64,000 bases of DNA from an uncultured Alphaproteobacteria bacterium (GCA_944390195.1 CALXOZ010000001.1:40189-104188); one strand, 5' to 3'. Numbered from the stretch's first letter, positions 19,769 through 31,388 are shown. The notes: generated by a model not told the origin, from the sequence alone. Made by a program: numbers and translations.

Positions 19769-20560
19769 TTAATTTAAAATCGATTCAGCTTCTTCGACAT
19801 TTTCCAAAAACAACCGGTTAAGTTCTTCGCGTTCTTGTTTATTATAGCCTTGCTGTGCTTTTTCCGATTTTTTTTCAACGCGAGGATTATTCAAAGAATT
19901 AAACAAATCGTCTTTTTTCTCCGGATCCACAGGTTTTTCAACCTGTTCGGGCAAAGCCCTTTTTGTTTTTTTTACCTCTTTCTTTTTTTGTGTCGTTGTA
20001 TTCAATTTTTTTATCAAGTCTTCAATTTCGTCCGAATCCTTCCCGTCTTCAGATGTTTCACTTTCCTGAGGATTATCAAACAAAGATTGTGGCAAATGTT
20101 GTTCAACGCTTTGAGTAACCCGTTCCAAATACGGAAAAGCTCTGCTTTGTTTTTCGAGTTGATCCAAATACTTCGGCGCCAACGTCATCATCAGGAAATA
20201 AAGTAAAACTAAAATGACTATTCCACGGACTATGCCGAAAATAAAGCCCAAAAAATGGTCTAAACGGTTTAAAACACTTTTACGGACTTTCGTTTCTATT
20301 TTGGAACAAATCAACGTTAAAACAATTAACGTAACAATAGAAACGACAACCAAAGACAACACATTGGCGAACAAAGGTTTTGGGACATAATTCAGGACAA
20401 ACGGCTCCAAATACGGCATCGCATAAAAAGCGACAATCAAAGCGACAAACCAAGATCCGATCCCCAACATTTCACTGATGAAACCGCGTGAAAAAGACAA
20501 TAACGCGGAAACAACCAAAACTACGCCAATAAAAATATCAATGCCGTAAATATTTTCCAT
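19769..20560 (-). CDS. cvpA: CvpA-family membrane protein (paralog 1)
   Basis: SFSRGFISEML, LDHFLGFIFGIVRG, GY...REELNRL tail; follows radA. Confidence 0.88.
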   Translation of the reverse strand: MENIYGIDIFIGVVLVVSALLSFSRGFISEMLGIGSWFVALIVAFYAMPYLEPFVLNYVPKPLFANVLSLVVVSIVTLIVLTLICSKIETKVRKSVLNRLDHFLGFIFGIVRGIVILVLLYFLMMTLAPKYLDQLEKQSRAFPYLERVTQSVEQHLPQSLFDNPQESETSEDGKDSDEIEDLIKKLNTTTQKKKEVKKTKRALPEQVEKPVDPEKKDDLFNSLNNPRVEKKSEKAQQGYNKQEREELNRLFLENVEEAESILN

Positions 20561-20563
20561 CTA

Positions 20564-21970
20564 TCAACCCTGCCGATCCGACAAACCGAACATATCCATT
20601 AAAGTTTTAAGATGTCCGATTTCATTAATTTTGAAACCAGTATCATCTTCTTTTACTGATTTTTTATTAACGCGCTTTGGAGGAATCAAAGCCCGTGCAA
20701 AACCCAGTTTTTTAGCCTCTTTCAATCTCAGATCAGGTTGCGGAACAGCACGAATTTCCCCAGACAATCCGATTTCACCAAACACGACGGCTTCCGCCGG
20801 GACGGGAATCCCTGAAATACACGACAACAAGGCGGAAGCGACTGCTAAATCCGCCGCAGGTTCCGTAATCCTCAATCCTCCGGCAACATTCAGATAAACA
20901 TCTTTTGCAGACACCGGTAAATGGCAACGTGTTTCCAAAACAGCCAAAATCATCGAAAGACGCGAAGAATCCCACCCGACCACAGCACGGCGCGGCGTTC
21001 CTCCCGAAGGGGCGACCAAAGCTTGAATTTCAACCAACATCGGTCGCGATCCTTCTATGCCGGCATAAACACAGCTGCCCGTTACATTACCGCGACGTTC
21101 CGCCAAAAACAAAGCCGATGGATTGGGAACTTCGCCCAATCCCTTTTGCGTCATTTCAAAAACACCGATTTCGTCGGTCGCTCCGAAACGGTTTTTCACA
21201 CTTCGCAATATACGAAAATGATGCCCTCTATCCCCTTCAAAATAAAGAACGGTGTCAACCATATGTTCTAAAACGCGCGGTCCCGCCAATGTCCCTTCCT
21301 TTGTAACATGACTGACCAAAAACAAAACAAAACCGCGTCGCTTTGCCAAACGGATCAATTCGTTACCGCTAGCCCGAACTTGCCCCACCGTACCGGGGGA
21401 AGAATCCAGTGTATCGACAAACATGGTCTGAATTGAATCGATCACAACGACATCAGGAGATTCTCCGGCATCCAAAGTCGCAACAATATCTCTGACATTC
21501 ATCGACGTCGCCAATTCGACTCGAGATTTTTCCAACCCCAGCCGGGACGCCCGCAAACGAACCTGATCAACCGATTCTTCACCTGAAATATAAACGCAAC
21601 GCACCGGTTCGCCTTTTATGTTGCAGATATTCGACAAAGCCGCCGTTACCTGTAACAGTAAAGTTGATTTTCCTATTCCGGGATCTCCGCCAATCAACAA
21701 AACAGAACCGGAAACCAACCCGCCCCCACAAACCCGATCAAGTTCTTGTATCCCCGATTTAAGACGAAAAGACGTTTCGGATCGCCCTTGCAACCCGACA
21801 AATTCAATTCTTCGCCCCCCTTTTCCTCCGGTCGCGTTCGGTGCGGCGGACAAAGCCGTTTCCTCTTCGACAATCGCATTCCACTCCCCGCACGATTCAC
21901 AGCGCCCCGCCCAACGGGGAAAAACGGCACCACAACTCTGACAAACAAATCTGGTCGATTTTTTTCCCAT
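20564..21970 (-). CDS. radA: DNA repair protein RadA/Sms
   Basis: C4 Zn finger, GDPGIGKS, KNRFG, Lon-like C-terminus. Confidence 0.97.
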   Translation of the reverse strand: MGKKSTRFVCQSCGAVFPRWAGRCESCGEWNAIVEEETALSAAPNATGGKGGRRIEFVGLQGRSETSFRLKSGIQELDRVCGGGLVSGSVLLIGGDPGIGKSTLLLQVTAALSNICNIKGEPVRCVYISGEESVDQVRLRASRLGLEKSRVELATSMNVRDIVATLDAGESPDVVVIDSIQTMFVDTLDSSPGTVGQVRASGNELIRLAKRRGFVLFLVSHVTKEGTLAGPRVLEHMVDTVLYFEGDRGHHFRILRSVKNRFGATDEIGVFEMTQKGLGEVPNPSALFLAERRGNVTGSCVYAGIEGSRPMLVEIQALVAPSGGTPRRAVVGWDSSRLSMILAVLETRCHLPVSAKDVYLNVAGGLRITEPAADLAVASALLSCISGIPVPAEAVVFGEIGLSGEIRAVPQPDLRLKEAKKLGFARALIPPKRVNKKSVKEDDTGFKINEIGHLKTLMDMFGLSDRQG

Positions 21971-22743
21971 CACCCGCGAATTTCCATCTGAATCGGTCCG
22001 TCCGCCCGACCGTTGATAAATTGCTCTACATAAGGATTTCCCGATCGATCTATTTCATCAACACGTCCATGCCAAATGATTTTACCTTTGTACAACATAG
22101 CGACTTTATCGGCTATTTTGCGCACAGAAGACATATCATGCGTAATGGTTATCCCTGTCGCTCCCAAATCTTTTACACACGAACGGATCAAATCATTGAT
22201 AACGTCCGACATAATCGGATCCAACCCTGTCGTCGGTTCATCAAAAAAGATCAATTCCGGATCCGAAGCTATCGCACGAGCCAAGCCAACACGTTTTTTC
22301 ATTCCTCCGGACAACTCGTCGGGATAAAGTGTCGCAACATCGGCGTTCAAACCGACTTGAGCCAGCTTTTTCACAGCAATTTCCTTTGCTTGGGCACGAT
22401 TCATCTTTTTACCCTGAATCAAACCGAAAGCGACATTTTCCCAAATATTCAAACTGTCGAACAAAGCGGCCCCTTGAAACAACATTCCAGTCTGCGCATT
22501 AATCTTTTCCATTTCACGCGAAGGCAAACCGACAATCTCCCTGCCGTCAATCTGAATCGATCCACTATCCGGTGTTAACAATCCTTGAATACATTTAATA
22601 GTTACGGATTTTCCCGTACCGGACCCGCCGATGATAACCAGAGATTCCCCTTTCTTAACATCAAGCGTAACACCGTCCAAAACAACTTTCTTACCGAAAG
22701 ACTTATGGACATCTGTCATTCTCACTTTGATTTCATCAGCCAT
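21970..22743 (-). CDS. mlaF: MlaF/Mkl-type ABC ATPase
   Basis: GGSGTGKS, LSGGMKKRVGLARA, DEPTTGLDP. Confidence 0.9.
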   Translation of the reverse strand: MADEIKVRMTDVHKSFGKKVVLDGVTLDVKKGESLVIIGGSGTGKSVTIKCIQGLLTPDSGSIQIDGREIVGLPSREMEKINAQTGMLFQGAALFDSLNIWENVAFGLIQGKKMNRAQAKEIAVKKLAQVGLNADVATLYPDELSGGMKKRVGLARAIASDPELIFFDEPTTGLDPIMSDVINDLIRSCVKDLGATGITITHDMSSVRKIADKVAMLYKGKIIWHGRVDEIDRSGNPYVEQFINGRADGPIQMEIRG

Positions 22744-22752
22744 AAGCGACTC

Positions 22753-23526
22753 CTATCTGGAAAAGAACAATTCAGTCAGCAAATAATTGCTGATTAAAAT
22801 CAAAATCGACGAAGCAACCACCGCATTCGTTGTCGCTTTACCGACACCTTCCGCCCCGCCTTTGGAATAAAAACCGTTATAACATCCCATTAACGTAACT
22901 ATAAAGCCAAACACTGCCGCTTTTGTCATACCGGAAACAATATCGACCGCTTGCATAAAATTCCATGTATTGCGTAAAAAGTTTATCGCATTGAAATCCA
23001 ACTTATATACGCAAATCAGATAACCGCCGTAAATACCGATCACATCACCGATTAAAACCAAAACAGGTAACATGATCACACCGGCGACAATACGCGGAAC
23101 AACAAGGTATTTAAAAGGATTGGTCGATAATGTCGCCAAAGCGTCGATTTGTTCCGTTACCCGCATCGTCCCCAATTCCGCCGCCATGGCTGCTCCGACA
23201 CGCCCCGCAACCATCAAAGCGGCTAAAACCGGACCGAGCTCCCGCGTAACCGTCAATTCAACAACAGAGGCGACGACTCCTTCCGAGGACAAAGTCGACA
23301 ACCCCGAATAACTTTGCAAGGCGATAACCATGCCTGAAAACATCGTGGTTAAAGCCACGACAGGCAAAGAATAAAAACCGATCTCGACCATTTGAGAAAA
23401 CAGCGTTCGGAAATAAAACGGAGGACGGACGCAATATGACACCGATTTCATTGTAAATAATGTCAAACGTCCGACCGAACGCAAAAAATTCAAAAAAACC
23501 CGACCGACGGGAGCAAAAATATTCAT
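22753..23526 (-). CDS. mlaE: MlaE-family ABC permease
   Basis: RELGPVLAALMVAGRVG, ELGTMRVTEQIDAL, GGAEGVGKATT. Confidence 0.93.
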   Translation of the reverse strand: MNIFAPVGRVFLNFLRSVGRLTLFTMKSVSYCVRPPFYFRTLFSQMVEIGFYSLPVVALTTMFSGMVIALQSYSGLSTLSSEGVVASVVELTVTRELGPVLAALMVAGRVGAAMAAELGTMRVTEQIDALATLSTNPFKYLVVPRIVAGVIMLPVLVLIGDVIGIYGGYLICVYKLDFNAINFLRNTWNFMQAVDIVSGMTKAAVFGFIVTLMGCYNGFYSKGGAEGVGKATTNAVVASSILILISNYLLTELFFSR

Positions 23527-23537
23527 TTGACCGCCTT

Positions 23538-24614
23538 TCAATCCATATAAATCCGGTAAAACCGCTTACTTAAATTTGTTAACAATTCATAATCTATTGT
23601 TCCGGCAAGTTTTGCAATTTCCTTTATAGGGCAATGAGCCCCGATAATTTCCGCCATCGGAGTCCTTTGCAACTCTTGCAAACTGAAATCCGTTACGTCA
23701 ACGGTTGTTAAATCCATTGATATCCGACCGACAACCGGCGCTTTTCGACCGTTAAAACAAACGTATCCCTTGTTTGCCAAAGAACGGGGATATCCGTCTC
23801 CGTATCCTATGGCCAATGTCGCCACACGCGATGTTCTTGTAAATTCATATGTCGCTCCATAACCGACCGTACGACCGGCTTCGACCTCTTGAATCTGCAA
23901 AACTTTCGCTTCCAAGGAAATCGCGCCGTCATACAAAGCGATTCCGGGACGGACAAGATCTTTATAATAGCGGGGATCGTTTAAATGAACACCATCACTA
24001 GCGGACAAGCTTTCTTTAAAAGGACGGGGCAAAGCCTGACGCAATTTAGCACACAAACTGTCAAAACGGTTGAGTTGATTTTCGCTTTTTACATTTTCCG
24101 GATTGTCGGCGCATGCCAAATGGCTGACAACCAGAGAAACATTCAAATATTCAGGAACCTTGGAACATAAGGCTTGCACGTCTTTTTCATTCAGTCCCAA
24201 ACGTGTCATACCCGTATCGATGTGCAAAGCCGCCGGTAAAATCATATTTTCCTTATGTCCCAAATGATTCCAATCGAAAACCTGACGCGGCGTGCTGAGA
24301 ACGGGGATCAAGTCGTATTTTAAAAAATCCGGTTCTGTTTGAGGCAAAACACCGTGCAGAACATAAATTTGAGTGCCAACAGGCAGATTTTGCCTTAATT
24401 CTACGGCTTCAAAAGAGTATGCCGTAAAAAAAGAACGACAGCCGGCTTGATACAAAGCCTTTGCGATTTCAACAGCTCCCAAGCCATACGCATCCGTTTT
24501 TAAAACGGCAGCCACTTGCGTTTTATCTCCGACTTGAAATTGCAGACTTTTCCAATTATCCGCAATTTTTTTCAAATCCACCGTCAAAAATGCCCCTGCC
24601 TGTTGCGGCGTCAT
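23538..24614 (-). CDS. alr: Alanine racemase
   Basis: AVLKTDAYGLG (PLP Lys), HIDTGMTRLG, GYGDGYPR, GRISMD. Confidence 0.95.
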   Translation of the reverse strand: MTPQQAGAFLTVDLKKIADNWKSLQFQVGDKTQVAAVLKTDAYGLGAVEIAKALYQAGCRSFFTAYSFEAVELRQNLPVGTQIYVLHGVLPQTEPDFLKYDLIPVLSTPRQVFDWNHLGHKENMILPAALHIDTGMTRLGLNEKDVQALCSKVPEYLNVSLVVSHLACADNPENVKSENQLNRFDSLCAKLRQALPRPFKESLSASDGVHLNDPRYYKDLVRPGIALYDGAISLEAKVLQIQEVEAGRTVGYGATYEFTRTSRVATLAIGYGDGYPRSLANKGYVCFNGRKAPVVGRISMDLTTVDVTDFSLQELQRTPMAEIIGAHCPIKEIAKLAGTIDYELLTNLSKRFYRIYMD

Positions 24615-24616
24615 GA

Positions 24617-27253
24617 TTAAGCCCCCAGCGTTTTTTCGATCACAGCTAAAACTTCCGCCGTCTTGGAAACATCGGAACCTCCGGCTTGAGCCATGTCGGG
24701 GCGTCCGCCGCCACCTTTGCCGCCAGCGACAACACAACCGCAACGAACCAGATCTATGGCATTGATTTTATCCGTCAAATCATCGGTAACACCGACAACA
24801 ATGGAAACTTTCCCCTTATCCGTACCGACCAAAGCGACAACACCGGATACAATCTGTTTTTTTATCTCGTCGACCATACCTTTCAATTCTTTTGCCGGAA
24901 CATCGCTCAATTCACGACCGACAAAAGAAACACCTTTTATTTTTTTGACTGTCTCAAGGTTCGACACACCGCCCGCCGCCAATTTTTTACGCATATCCGA
25001 CAATTCGCGTTCCAATTTCTTGCGTTCTTCAATCAAAGACCGGACACGAACGGGAATATCTGCAACCGCCGCCTTTAAACTTTCAGCCGTTACAGCCAAT
25101 AAATCCTCCCGCTTTTGAGCATAATCCAAAGCGGCCATTCCCGTTACGGCTTCGATACGACGCACGCCCGCCGCCAAAGCGGTTTCAGAAACAATACGAA
25201 AAGACCCTATATCCCCCGTACGTCCGACATGCGTCCCCCCGCATAATTCAAGAGAGACCTTATTTTCACCGGATCCCATTGAAACAACACGGACTTCTTC
25301 ACCGTACTTTTCACCGAACAAAGCCATCGCCCCGTCTTCCACCGCTGCTTGAGGCGACATCAATCGGGTTGTTACCTCCAAATTCCTTAAAATATTGCGA
25401 TTGACTTCGTTTTCAACGGCTCGCAATTCTTCAAAAGTAATCTGGCGCGGCTGAGAAAAGTCAAAACGTAGACCGTCCGGATGAACCGAAGATCCTTTTT
25501 GGGTCACATGCTCGCCCAAAATTTTACGTAAAGCCGCTTGCAATAAATGAGTTGCCGAATGATGACGCGCCGTCGCTTGCCGACGTTGAACATCAACTGT
25601 CATCAAAACATTTTGTCCGACCTTTAAAGTTCCTTTTTTCAGTGTTCCAAAATGAACAAACAGATCTGAAAGCTTTTTCTGAGTGTCCTTAACATCAAAC
25701 AAAACCGTATCACCGACTGTTATCGTTCCCTTATCACCGACCTGTCCGCCGGATTCCCCGTAAAAAGGTGTCTGATTAACAATGATGGATGCGCTTTGAC
25801 CTTCCGATATTTCATCGATCTCCTTACCGTCAACCAACAAAGCGACAACCTGAGCTTCGGCTTGTGTCATGTCATAACCTAAAAACTCCGTAGCGCCGAT
25901 TTTTTCCTTCATTTCGAACCAAACCGCATCCGTAACGGATTCTCCGGATCCCGCCCAAGCTTTGCGCGCTTCAGCCTTTTGACGGTCCATAGCCTCTTGG
26001 AATCCCCGTGTATCAACTCCCATCCGTTTGAATCGCAACACGTCCTGAGTCAAGTCCAATGGAAAGCCATAGGTATCATACAGCTTAAAAGCGACTTCTC
26101 CGGATAAAATTCCGCCGTCAGCCAATTTTGCTGTTTCAACATCCAATAATTTCAAACCGCGCCCCAACGTTTCTTTAAAGCGAGTTTCCTCTAAACGCAA
26201 CGTTTCCGTCATCAAAGCTTGAGCCCGTATCAATTCAGGGAATGTATCCCCCATCAAACGCACCAAAGCCGGAACCAAACGCCACATCAAAGGTTCTTGG
26301 CACCCCATCATATGAGCATGACGCATAGCCCGTCGCATAATGCGGCGCAAAACATAACCGCGCCCTTCATTGGAAGGCAGAACGCCGTCCGCAATCAAAA
26401 AACAGGATGAACGCAAATGGTCCGCAACAACACGCAAAGAAGTTTTGAATTCCCCGTAAGGTTCCACACCCGCCGTTCCGGCAGCCGCATTGATTAGCCC
26501 CTTAAGGATATCTGTTTCATAGTTGTCATTTGTTCCCAACATAACGGCGCCCATACGTTCCAACCCCATTCCCGTATCAATGCACGGATGAGGCAAATCA
26601 ATCAAGCGACCGTCCGCCAGCTGTTCGTTTTGCATAAAGACTAAATTCCAGATTTCAACGAAACGGTCTCCATCTTCATCGGGAGAACCCGGAGGACCGC
26701 CTTGAATATGTTCGCCATGGTCATAAAAAATTTCAGAACAAGGACCGCACGGACCTGTATCACCCATCGCCCAAAAGTTATCTTTTGTGGGGATTCTGAT
26801 GATTCTTTCATCGGGAAGACCCGCTATTTTTTTCCACAAATCAAAAGCTTCATCGTCTGTATGGTACACTGTCGTCGTCAATTTTTCTTTGGGCAAGCCG
26901 AATTCCTTGGTAACAAGATTCCAAGCGTAATAAATCGCTTTTTCTTTGAAATAATCACCAAAGCTCCAATTCCCCAGCATTTCAAAAAAAGTATGATGAC
27001 GCACCGTATAACCGACATTATCCAAATCGTTGTGCTTTCCTCCCGCTCGGACACACTTTTGATCCGATGCCGCACGAACATAGGAACGCTTTTCCACGCC
27101 CGTAAAAATATTTTTAAATTGCACCATACCCGAATTCGTGAACATCAATGTCGGGTCGTTGTGAGGAACTAAAGAACTGGACGGCACGATTTCATGATCG
27201 TTCTTGCGAAAATAATCCAAAAAAATGCGCCGAATTTCACCGGTTGTCATCAT
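24617..27253 (-). CDS. alaS: Alanine--tRNA ligase
   Basis: [41 protein letters not shown]. Confidence 0.98.
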   Translation of the reverse strand: MMTTGEIRRIFLDYFRKNDHEIVPSSSLVPHNDPTLMFTNSGMVQFKNIFTGVEKRSYVRAASDQKCVRAGGKHNDLDNVGYTVRHHTFFEMLGNWSFGDYFKEKAIYYAWNLVTKEFGLPKEKLTTTVYHTDDEAFDLWKKIAGLPDERIIRIPTKDNFWAMGDTGPCGPCSEIFYDHGEHIQGGPPGSPDEDGDRFVEIWNLVFMQNEQLADGRLIDLPHPCIDTGMGLERMGAVMLGTNDNYETDILKGLINAAAGTAGVEPYGEFKTSLRVVADHLRSSCFLIADGVLPSNEGRGYVLRRIMRRAMRHAHMMGCQEPLMWRLVPALVRLMGDTFPELIRAQALMTETLRLEETRFKETLGRGLKLLDVETAKLADGGILSGEVAFKLYDTYGFPLDLTQDVLRFKRMGVDTRGFQEAMDRQKAEARKAWAGSGESVTDAVWFEMKEKIGATEFLGYDMTQAEAQVVALLVDGKEIDEISEGQSASIIVNQTPFYGESGGQVGDKGTITVGDTVLFDVKDTQKKLSDLFVHFGTLKKGTLKVGQNVLMTVDVQRRQATARHHSATHLLQAALRKILGEHVTQKGSSVHPDGLRFDFSQPRQITFEELRAVENEVNRNILRNLEVTTRLMSPQAAVEDGAMALFGEKYGEEVRVVSMGSGENKVSLELCGGTHVGRTGDIGSFRIVSETALAAGVRRIEAVTGMAALDYAQKREDLLAVTAESLKAAVADIPVRVRSLIEERKKLERELSDMRKKLAAGGVSNLETVKKIKGVSFVGRELSDVPAKELKGMVDEIKKQIVSGVVALVGTDKGKVSIVVGVTDDLTDKINAIDLVRCGCVVAGGKGGGGRPDMAQAGGSDVSKTAEVLAVIEKTLGA

Positions 27254-27416
27254 AAGCTTTTTTCCTGTTTTAATTTAAACTCTTGAGGTGTGTTATACTC
27301 TAAAATCCATTAAGAAGCATCTTTTTTTATACTTTTAAAGTAAAATATTCAACCTGAGTGTTGACCTTGTGTGCGGAAAAACGTATTTAAAAAGAAAATT
27401 AACAAAGGAAACGACA

Positions 27417-27965
27417 ATGGCTTTATTGAAAATTTTGGAAGTTCCCCATCCGCTCTTAAAGAAAAAAAGCGAAAAAATCGAGGTCATCACCGATGAGTTG
27501 CGAAAAACTTTGAACGATATGCTGGAAACGATGTATGCGGCTCCCGGGGTAGGATTAGCCGCTCCGCAAATCGGTCTGTTGAAACGAATGGTCGTCATTG
27601 ATGTCAGTCGCGAAAACGAACCGAAAAAGCCTTATAAAATGATCAATCCCGTCATCATAGATCATGGTGAAAATCTGGTCGTTCATGACGAAGGTTGCCT
27701 TTCCGTTCCGGAACAATACGCCCCTGTCGAACGTTTCGAAACCGTTACAGTCGAATATCTGGATGAAAATTCGAAAAAACAGGTTTTGCATGCCGACGGA
27801 TTGTTATCGATCTGTATTCAACACGAACTGGAACACCTCGAAGGAATACTGTTTATCGACCACCTGTCCAAAATAAAAAAAGACATGATCATTCGCCGCG
27901 TGGAAAAAGAACGGCGTTGGAAGAACAGCCATCAAGACAAAAGCAATCATCAGGAAGAAGAATAA
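27417..27965 (+). CDS. def: Peptide deformylase
   Basis: GVGLAAPQ, EGCLS, QHELEHL. Confidence 0.96.
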   Translation: MALLKILEVPHPLLKKKSEKIEVITDELRKTLNDMLETMYAAPGVGLAAPQIGLLKRMVVIDVSRENEPKKPYKMINPVIIDHGENLVVHDEGCLSVPEQYAPVERFETVTVEYLDENSKKQVLHADGLLSICIQHELEHLEGILFIDHLSKIKKDMIIRRVEKERRWKNSHQDKSNHQEEE

Positions 27966-28889
27966 ATGAAAACCGTCTTTATGGGGACACCCGACTTTGC
28001 GTTAGCCGCACTGAAAGCATTACATTCAAAGCACGATGTCGTTTGCGTATACACACAACCGCCGCGCCCAAGCGGACGGGGACATAAATTGACACCGTCA
28101 CCCGTTCATCAATATGCCTTGGAAAACAATATCCCCGTGCGTTGTCCGGCAACATTCAAACCTCAGGAGGAAAAGGACGCTTTTCGCAATTTACAAGCTG
28201 ACGTCGCCATTGTCGCGGCTTACGGGTTGTTGCTTCCGAAAGCCTGCTTGAACGCTTTTCGATACGGATGTATCAACATTCACGGCTCTTTATTACCCCG
28301 TTGGCGTGGTGCCGCACCGATACAACGCGCAATTATGGCAGGAGATCAAGAAACAGGTATAACATTAATGCAAATGGATGCCGGAATGGACACCGGTGAT
28401 ATGTTGATGAAACAAAAATTCCCCATCGAAAAAAAAGACACCGCCGGATCCGTTTTTGAAAAAATGGCACGGTTAAGCGGAAATGTTTTATTGAGCGGTT
28501 TGGACTTGTTGGAAAAAGGGGAATTGCTTCCGGAAAAACAACCACAAGAAGGTATTACTTACGCCGCGAAAATCGCCAAAGAAGAAGGATTGATTTCTTT
28601 TGACATGCCAGCCGCAGAACTGGATTGTAAAATCAGGGCGTTATTGCCTTGGCCGGGAGCATGGTTCTACTACAAAGGGGAACGGATATCCGTTCTGGAA
28701 GCAGAACCCGTTGAAATTGAACATTCAAATCAGCCGGGAACTCTTTGTAAAGAAATGATTGTTTCTTGCAAGACAGGCGGTCTGAAATTAAAAATCCTGC
28801 GCAGAGACGGAAAAAAGGCTCTTCCGGTTGAAGAATTTCTGCGCGGATTCGATCTGCCTGAAGGAACCCTGCTCAATGCCGCGATTTAA
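27966..28889 (+). CDS. fmt: Methionyl-tRNA formyltransferase
   Basis: FMGTPDFA, NIHGSLLPRWRGAAP. Confidence 0.97.
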   Translation: MKTVFMGTPDFALAALKALHSKHDVVCVYTQPPRPSGRGHKLTPSPVHQYALENNIPVRCPATFKPQEEKDAFRNLQADVAIVAAYGLLLPKACLNAFRYGCINIHGSLLPRWRGAAPIQRAIMAGDQETGITLMQMDAGMDTGDMLMKQKFPIEKKDTAGSVFEKMARLSGNVLLSGLDLLEKGELLPEKQPQEGITYAAKIAKEEGLISFDMPAAELDCKIRALLPWPGAWFYYKGERISVLEAEPVEIEHSNQPGTLCKEMIVSCKTGGLKLKILRRDGKKALPVEEFLRGFDLPEGTLLNAAI

Positions 28890-29613
28890 AATCACAATCG
28901 AATATGACGGCACGAATTACGCCGGTTGGCAACAACAAAACAAAGCTCCGTCCATTCAAGAGGAATTACAAAAAGCAGCTTTCCGTTTTTTAAAGGAAGA
29001 CGTTTTGATCACCGGAGCCGGAAGAACAGACGCCGGAGTTCATGCTTTAGGGCAAGTTGCTCATTTCGACACGCAAAAAACCTTCGACCCGTTCCGCTTA
29101 TGCCAAGCCTTCAACGCGCACCTAAGACCTCAGCCTATCTCGGTTCTGAGCGCGCAAATCGTTGATGACAATTTCCATGCACGATTCGATGCAAAAAAAA
29201 GATATTACATCTATAAAATCCTTAATCGCCGGTCTCGTCCGGCTTTATTTGAAAACCGCGTCTGGTGGGTTCATCAACCTTTAGATGAAACTTTAATGGA
29301 ACAAGCGGCACAAGTATTAATCGGAAAACATGATTTTACAACTTTTCGTGCAACAGCCTGCCAAGCGAAATCACCCGTTAAGACCTTGGACGAAATCTGC
29401 ATCCGGCGCTATGGAGATTTCATTTTCTTTTATTTTTGCGCCAGATCCTTCCTGCATCATCAAGTCCGCAATATCGTCGGCACATTAAAACAAGTCGGTG
29501 AAAATAAATGGACAAAAAAAGACGTTCTCGACGCTTTGGAGGCAAAAGACCGCAAAGCTGGAGGTCCAACCGCTCCGGCAGCAGGGCTCTATTTTGAAAA
29601 AGTGGTTTATTAA
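28876..29613 (+). CDS. truA: tRNA pseudouridine(38-40) synthase
   Basis: EYDGT, AGRTDAGVHA, FLHHQVR. Confidence 0.97.
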   Translation: MPRFKITIEYDGTNYAGWQQQNKAPSIQEELQKAAFRFLKEDVLITGAGRTDAGVHALGQVAHFDTQKTFDPFRLCQAFNAHLRPQPISVLSAQIVDDNFHARFDAKKRYYIYKILNRRSRPALFENRVWWVHQPLDETLMEQAAQVLIGKHDFTTFRATACQAKSPVKTLDEICIRRYGDFIFFYFCARSFLHHQVRNIVGTLKQVGENKWTKKDVLDALEAKDRKAGGPTAPAAGLYFEKVVY

Positions 29614-29688
29614 CCGTATTTTTTAGTGATTTTCTTTTAAATTTTTTGTATATTGCCTATTATTTGTCTATCAACCCAATGAACGCCC

Positions 29689-30387
29689 ATGGATTTCATT
29701 TCTTTTTTAGATCAAAGAAAAACTTTAACTGACACCGGTGATTTGAACGGATTGAACGCTTTGGAAGAAAAAGTGACAAAGATTGTTGCCGACTTTTTAA
29801 ATGGAACCTTTGTCGCCGAAATGCAAACAGTACCTTTATTTTATTCCTTCTTTAAAACATTCGCCGAGACAAACAATCTTGAACTGAAAAATCTATGTGA
29901 TCAGGCTTTAATAAAAATTCAACCCTTACTCGACGAATTCGATCGCGAGCACAACCTGACACACCTTGATGAATTAAACACCGGCACCATTGAATACAAC
30001 CTGAATCAGCTAAGCGCCTTCGATCGGCTGAATCCTTTTGAAAAAGAAAGCGCTAATCAATTGAAATTTCAGACTTTCAATGATTTATTACGCTTGACGG
30101 ATCAAATCGAAATAAAAGGTGCTGATGAAAACGCGCATGAAAATTTCATTGAAACTCTGGTAAAAGCGTCTAAATTACAGACCTTTATTTCCCTCAGTCT
30201 TTCCCCTGAAAAAATCACACAAGACCTTTATCTGACAACATTGCGTTCCAATATGGAAAACAATCTGGTCTTGATGTTGACAGCAGACCGTATTGATTCA
30301 GGCATGCCCATCAATGATAAAAAGGTGGCTCGATTACGCATAGAATATCAGAAACTATTGAACGCACTTAACAAAGGACAAAAATAA
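29689..30387 (+). CDS. Hypothetical soluble acidic, Leu-rich helical protein
   Basis: 232-aa ORF with no recognised motif. Confidence 0.7.
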   Translation: MDFISFLDQRKTLTDTGDLNGLNALEEKVTKIVADFLNGTFVAEMQTVPLFYSFFKTFAETNNLELKNLCDQALIKIQPLLDEFDREHNLTHLDELNTGTIEYNLNQLSAFDRLNPFEKESANQLKFQTFNDLLRLTDQIEIKGADENAHENFIETLVKASKLQTFISLSLSPEKITQDLYLTTLRSNMENNLVLMLTADRIDSGMPINDKKVARLRIEYQKLLNALNKGQK

Positions 30388-30388
30388 T

Positions 30389-31345
30389 ATGGCTCTTTTT
30401 TCTTTAAAACAGGAAACCTTGGAAACTTTCGCAGCAAATGCGACACAACAAGCGATGATGATCCATGAAAGGGTCGAACAAAAGAAAAATAAAGCTATCG
30501 AATCCGTTCCTCTTCTGAAAAGAATAAAACAGGAAATAGCTTCCTTTGATCAGGCTATGACAAAAAAGCTTGGCAAAAACTATACAAAAGTCCGCAATAT
30601 TGCCGTCGGCGTCGGAAAGTTTTATGTCGCCGGTCAATTCGGTGGTCCTGGAATTATCGCTTTAGGAACAATTAATGCCGCAAAAGCTATCAAGCCTCTT
30701 TTAAAAAACGCTGAAAAAGCCCGTGTCGAAGGAAAAGTCTCAGGTCTGTTCGACTATATGTCAAAAAATCGCAAAGAAGCTTTACATACCATGACAAACG
30801 CCTCTTTAGGCGCCGGCGCTATCGCTTTCGGGTTGGCTGGCATGCTGGACGCAAAATTCGTAACACGCGCCGCGGCAACGGCTTTGGTTGTCGTTCCGGA
30901 AATGAAAGCGTTAAAAGAAACTGTAAAAGATATTGCAAGCGGTAAAAAAACAACAAAACAGGCCTTTAAGGATTTAGGACGCGATATCGTAACCGTTGGT
31001 ATCAGCGCTGCTTCTTTCATTGCCGGAAATTATGGATACCTTACTCAAGAAAACAACGGATCGGATACGACTCATTCGGCATCAGGATCGAATGCCCATT
31101 CACACGCAAGCGCTAACAATCAAACATCAGGGTTGTCAATCGGAGTAAAAGGAGCCGACAAAATCGAAGCAAAAAAACCGTCTAAAAACGCTTCGGATAA
31201 AAATGCCACAACACCGCAAAAGACTCCTTCTGATAAAAGAAACTTACAACAAACTTTAAACAAAATGAGTCAGGAAAACTCCCAGGAAACAGCCCCATCC
31301 GCCTTGCATAAACTGATTTTGAAAAAAAATCAAAAAGGAATTTGA
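30389..31345 (+). CDS. Hypothetical protein with Gly/Ala hydrophobic hairpins and basic C-terminal tail
   Basis: 318-aa ORF. AAAGGA RBS lies inside the upstream gene; starts 1 nt after its stop. Confidence 0.72.
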   Translation: MALFSLKQETLETFAANATQQAMMIHERVEQKKNKAIESVPLLKRIKQEIASFDQAMTKKLGKNYTKVRNIAVGVGKFYVAGQFGGPGIIALGTINAAKAIKPLLKNAEKARVEGKVSGLFDYMSKNRKEALHTMTNASLGAGAIAFGLAGMLDAKFVTRAAATALVVVPEMKALKETVKDIASGKKTTKQAFKDLGRDIVTVGISAASFIAGNYGYLTQENNGSDTTHSASGSNAHSHASANNQTSGLSIGVKGADKIEAKKPSKNASDKNATTPQKTPSDKRNLQQTLNKMSQENSQETAPSALHKLILKKNQKGI

Positions 31346-31388
31346 TCGAAGAAATTCCAAAATATAAAGCTCTTTTATGAAAAACCCC

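Noticed and set aside
21841-22578. 245-aa + strand ORF and similar antisense ORFs across alaS, mreB, leuS and the RND genes
   Set aside because: Shadow ORFs opposite well-conserved genes, with no independent signals.
21970-23526. mlaEF without mlaD as an anomaly
   Set aside because: alr-mlaE-mlaF-radA with mlaD elsewhere is a common alphaproteobacterial arrangement.
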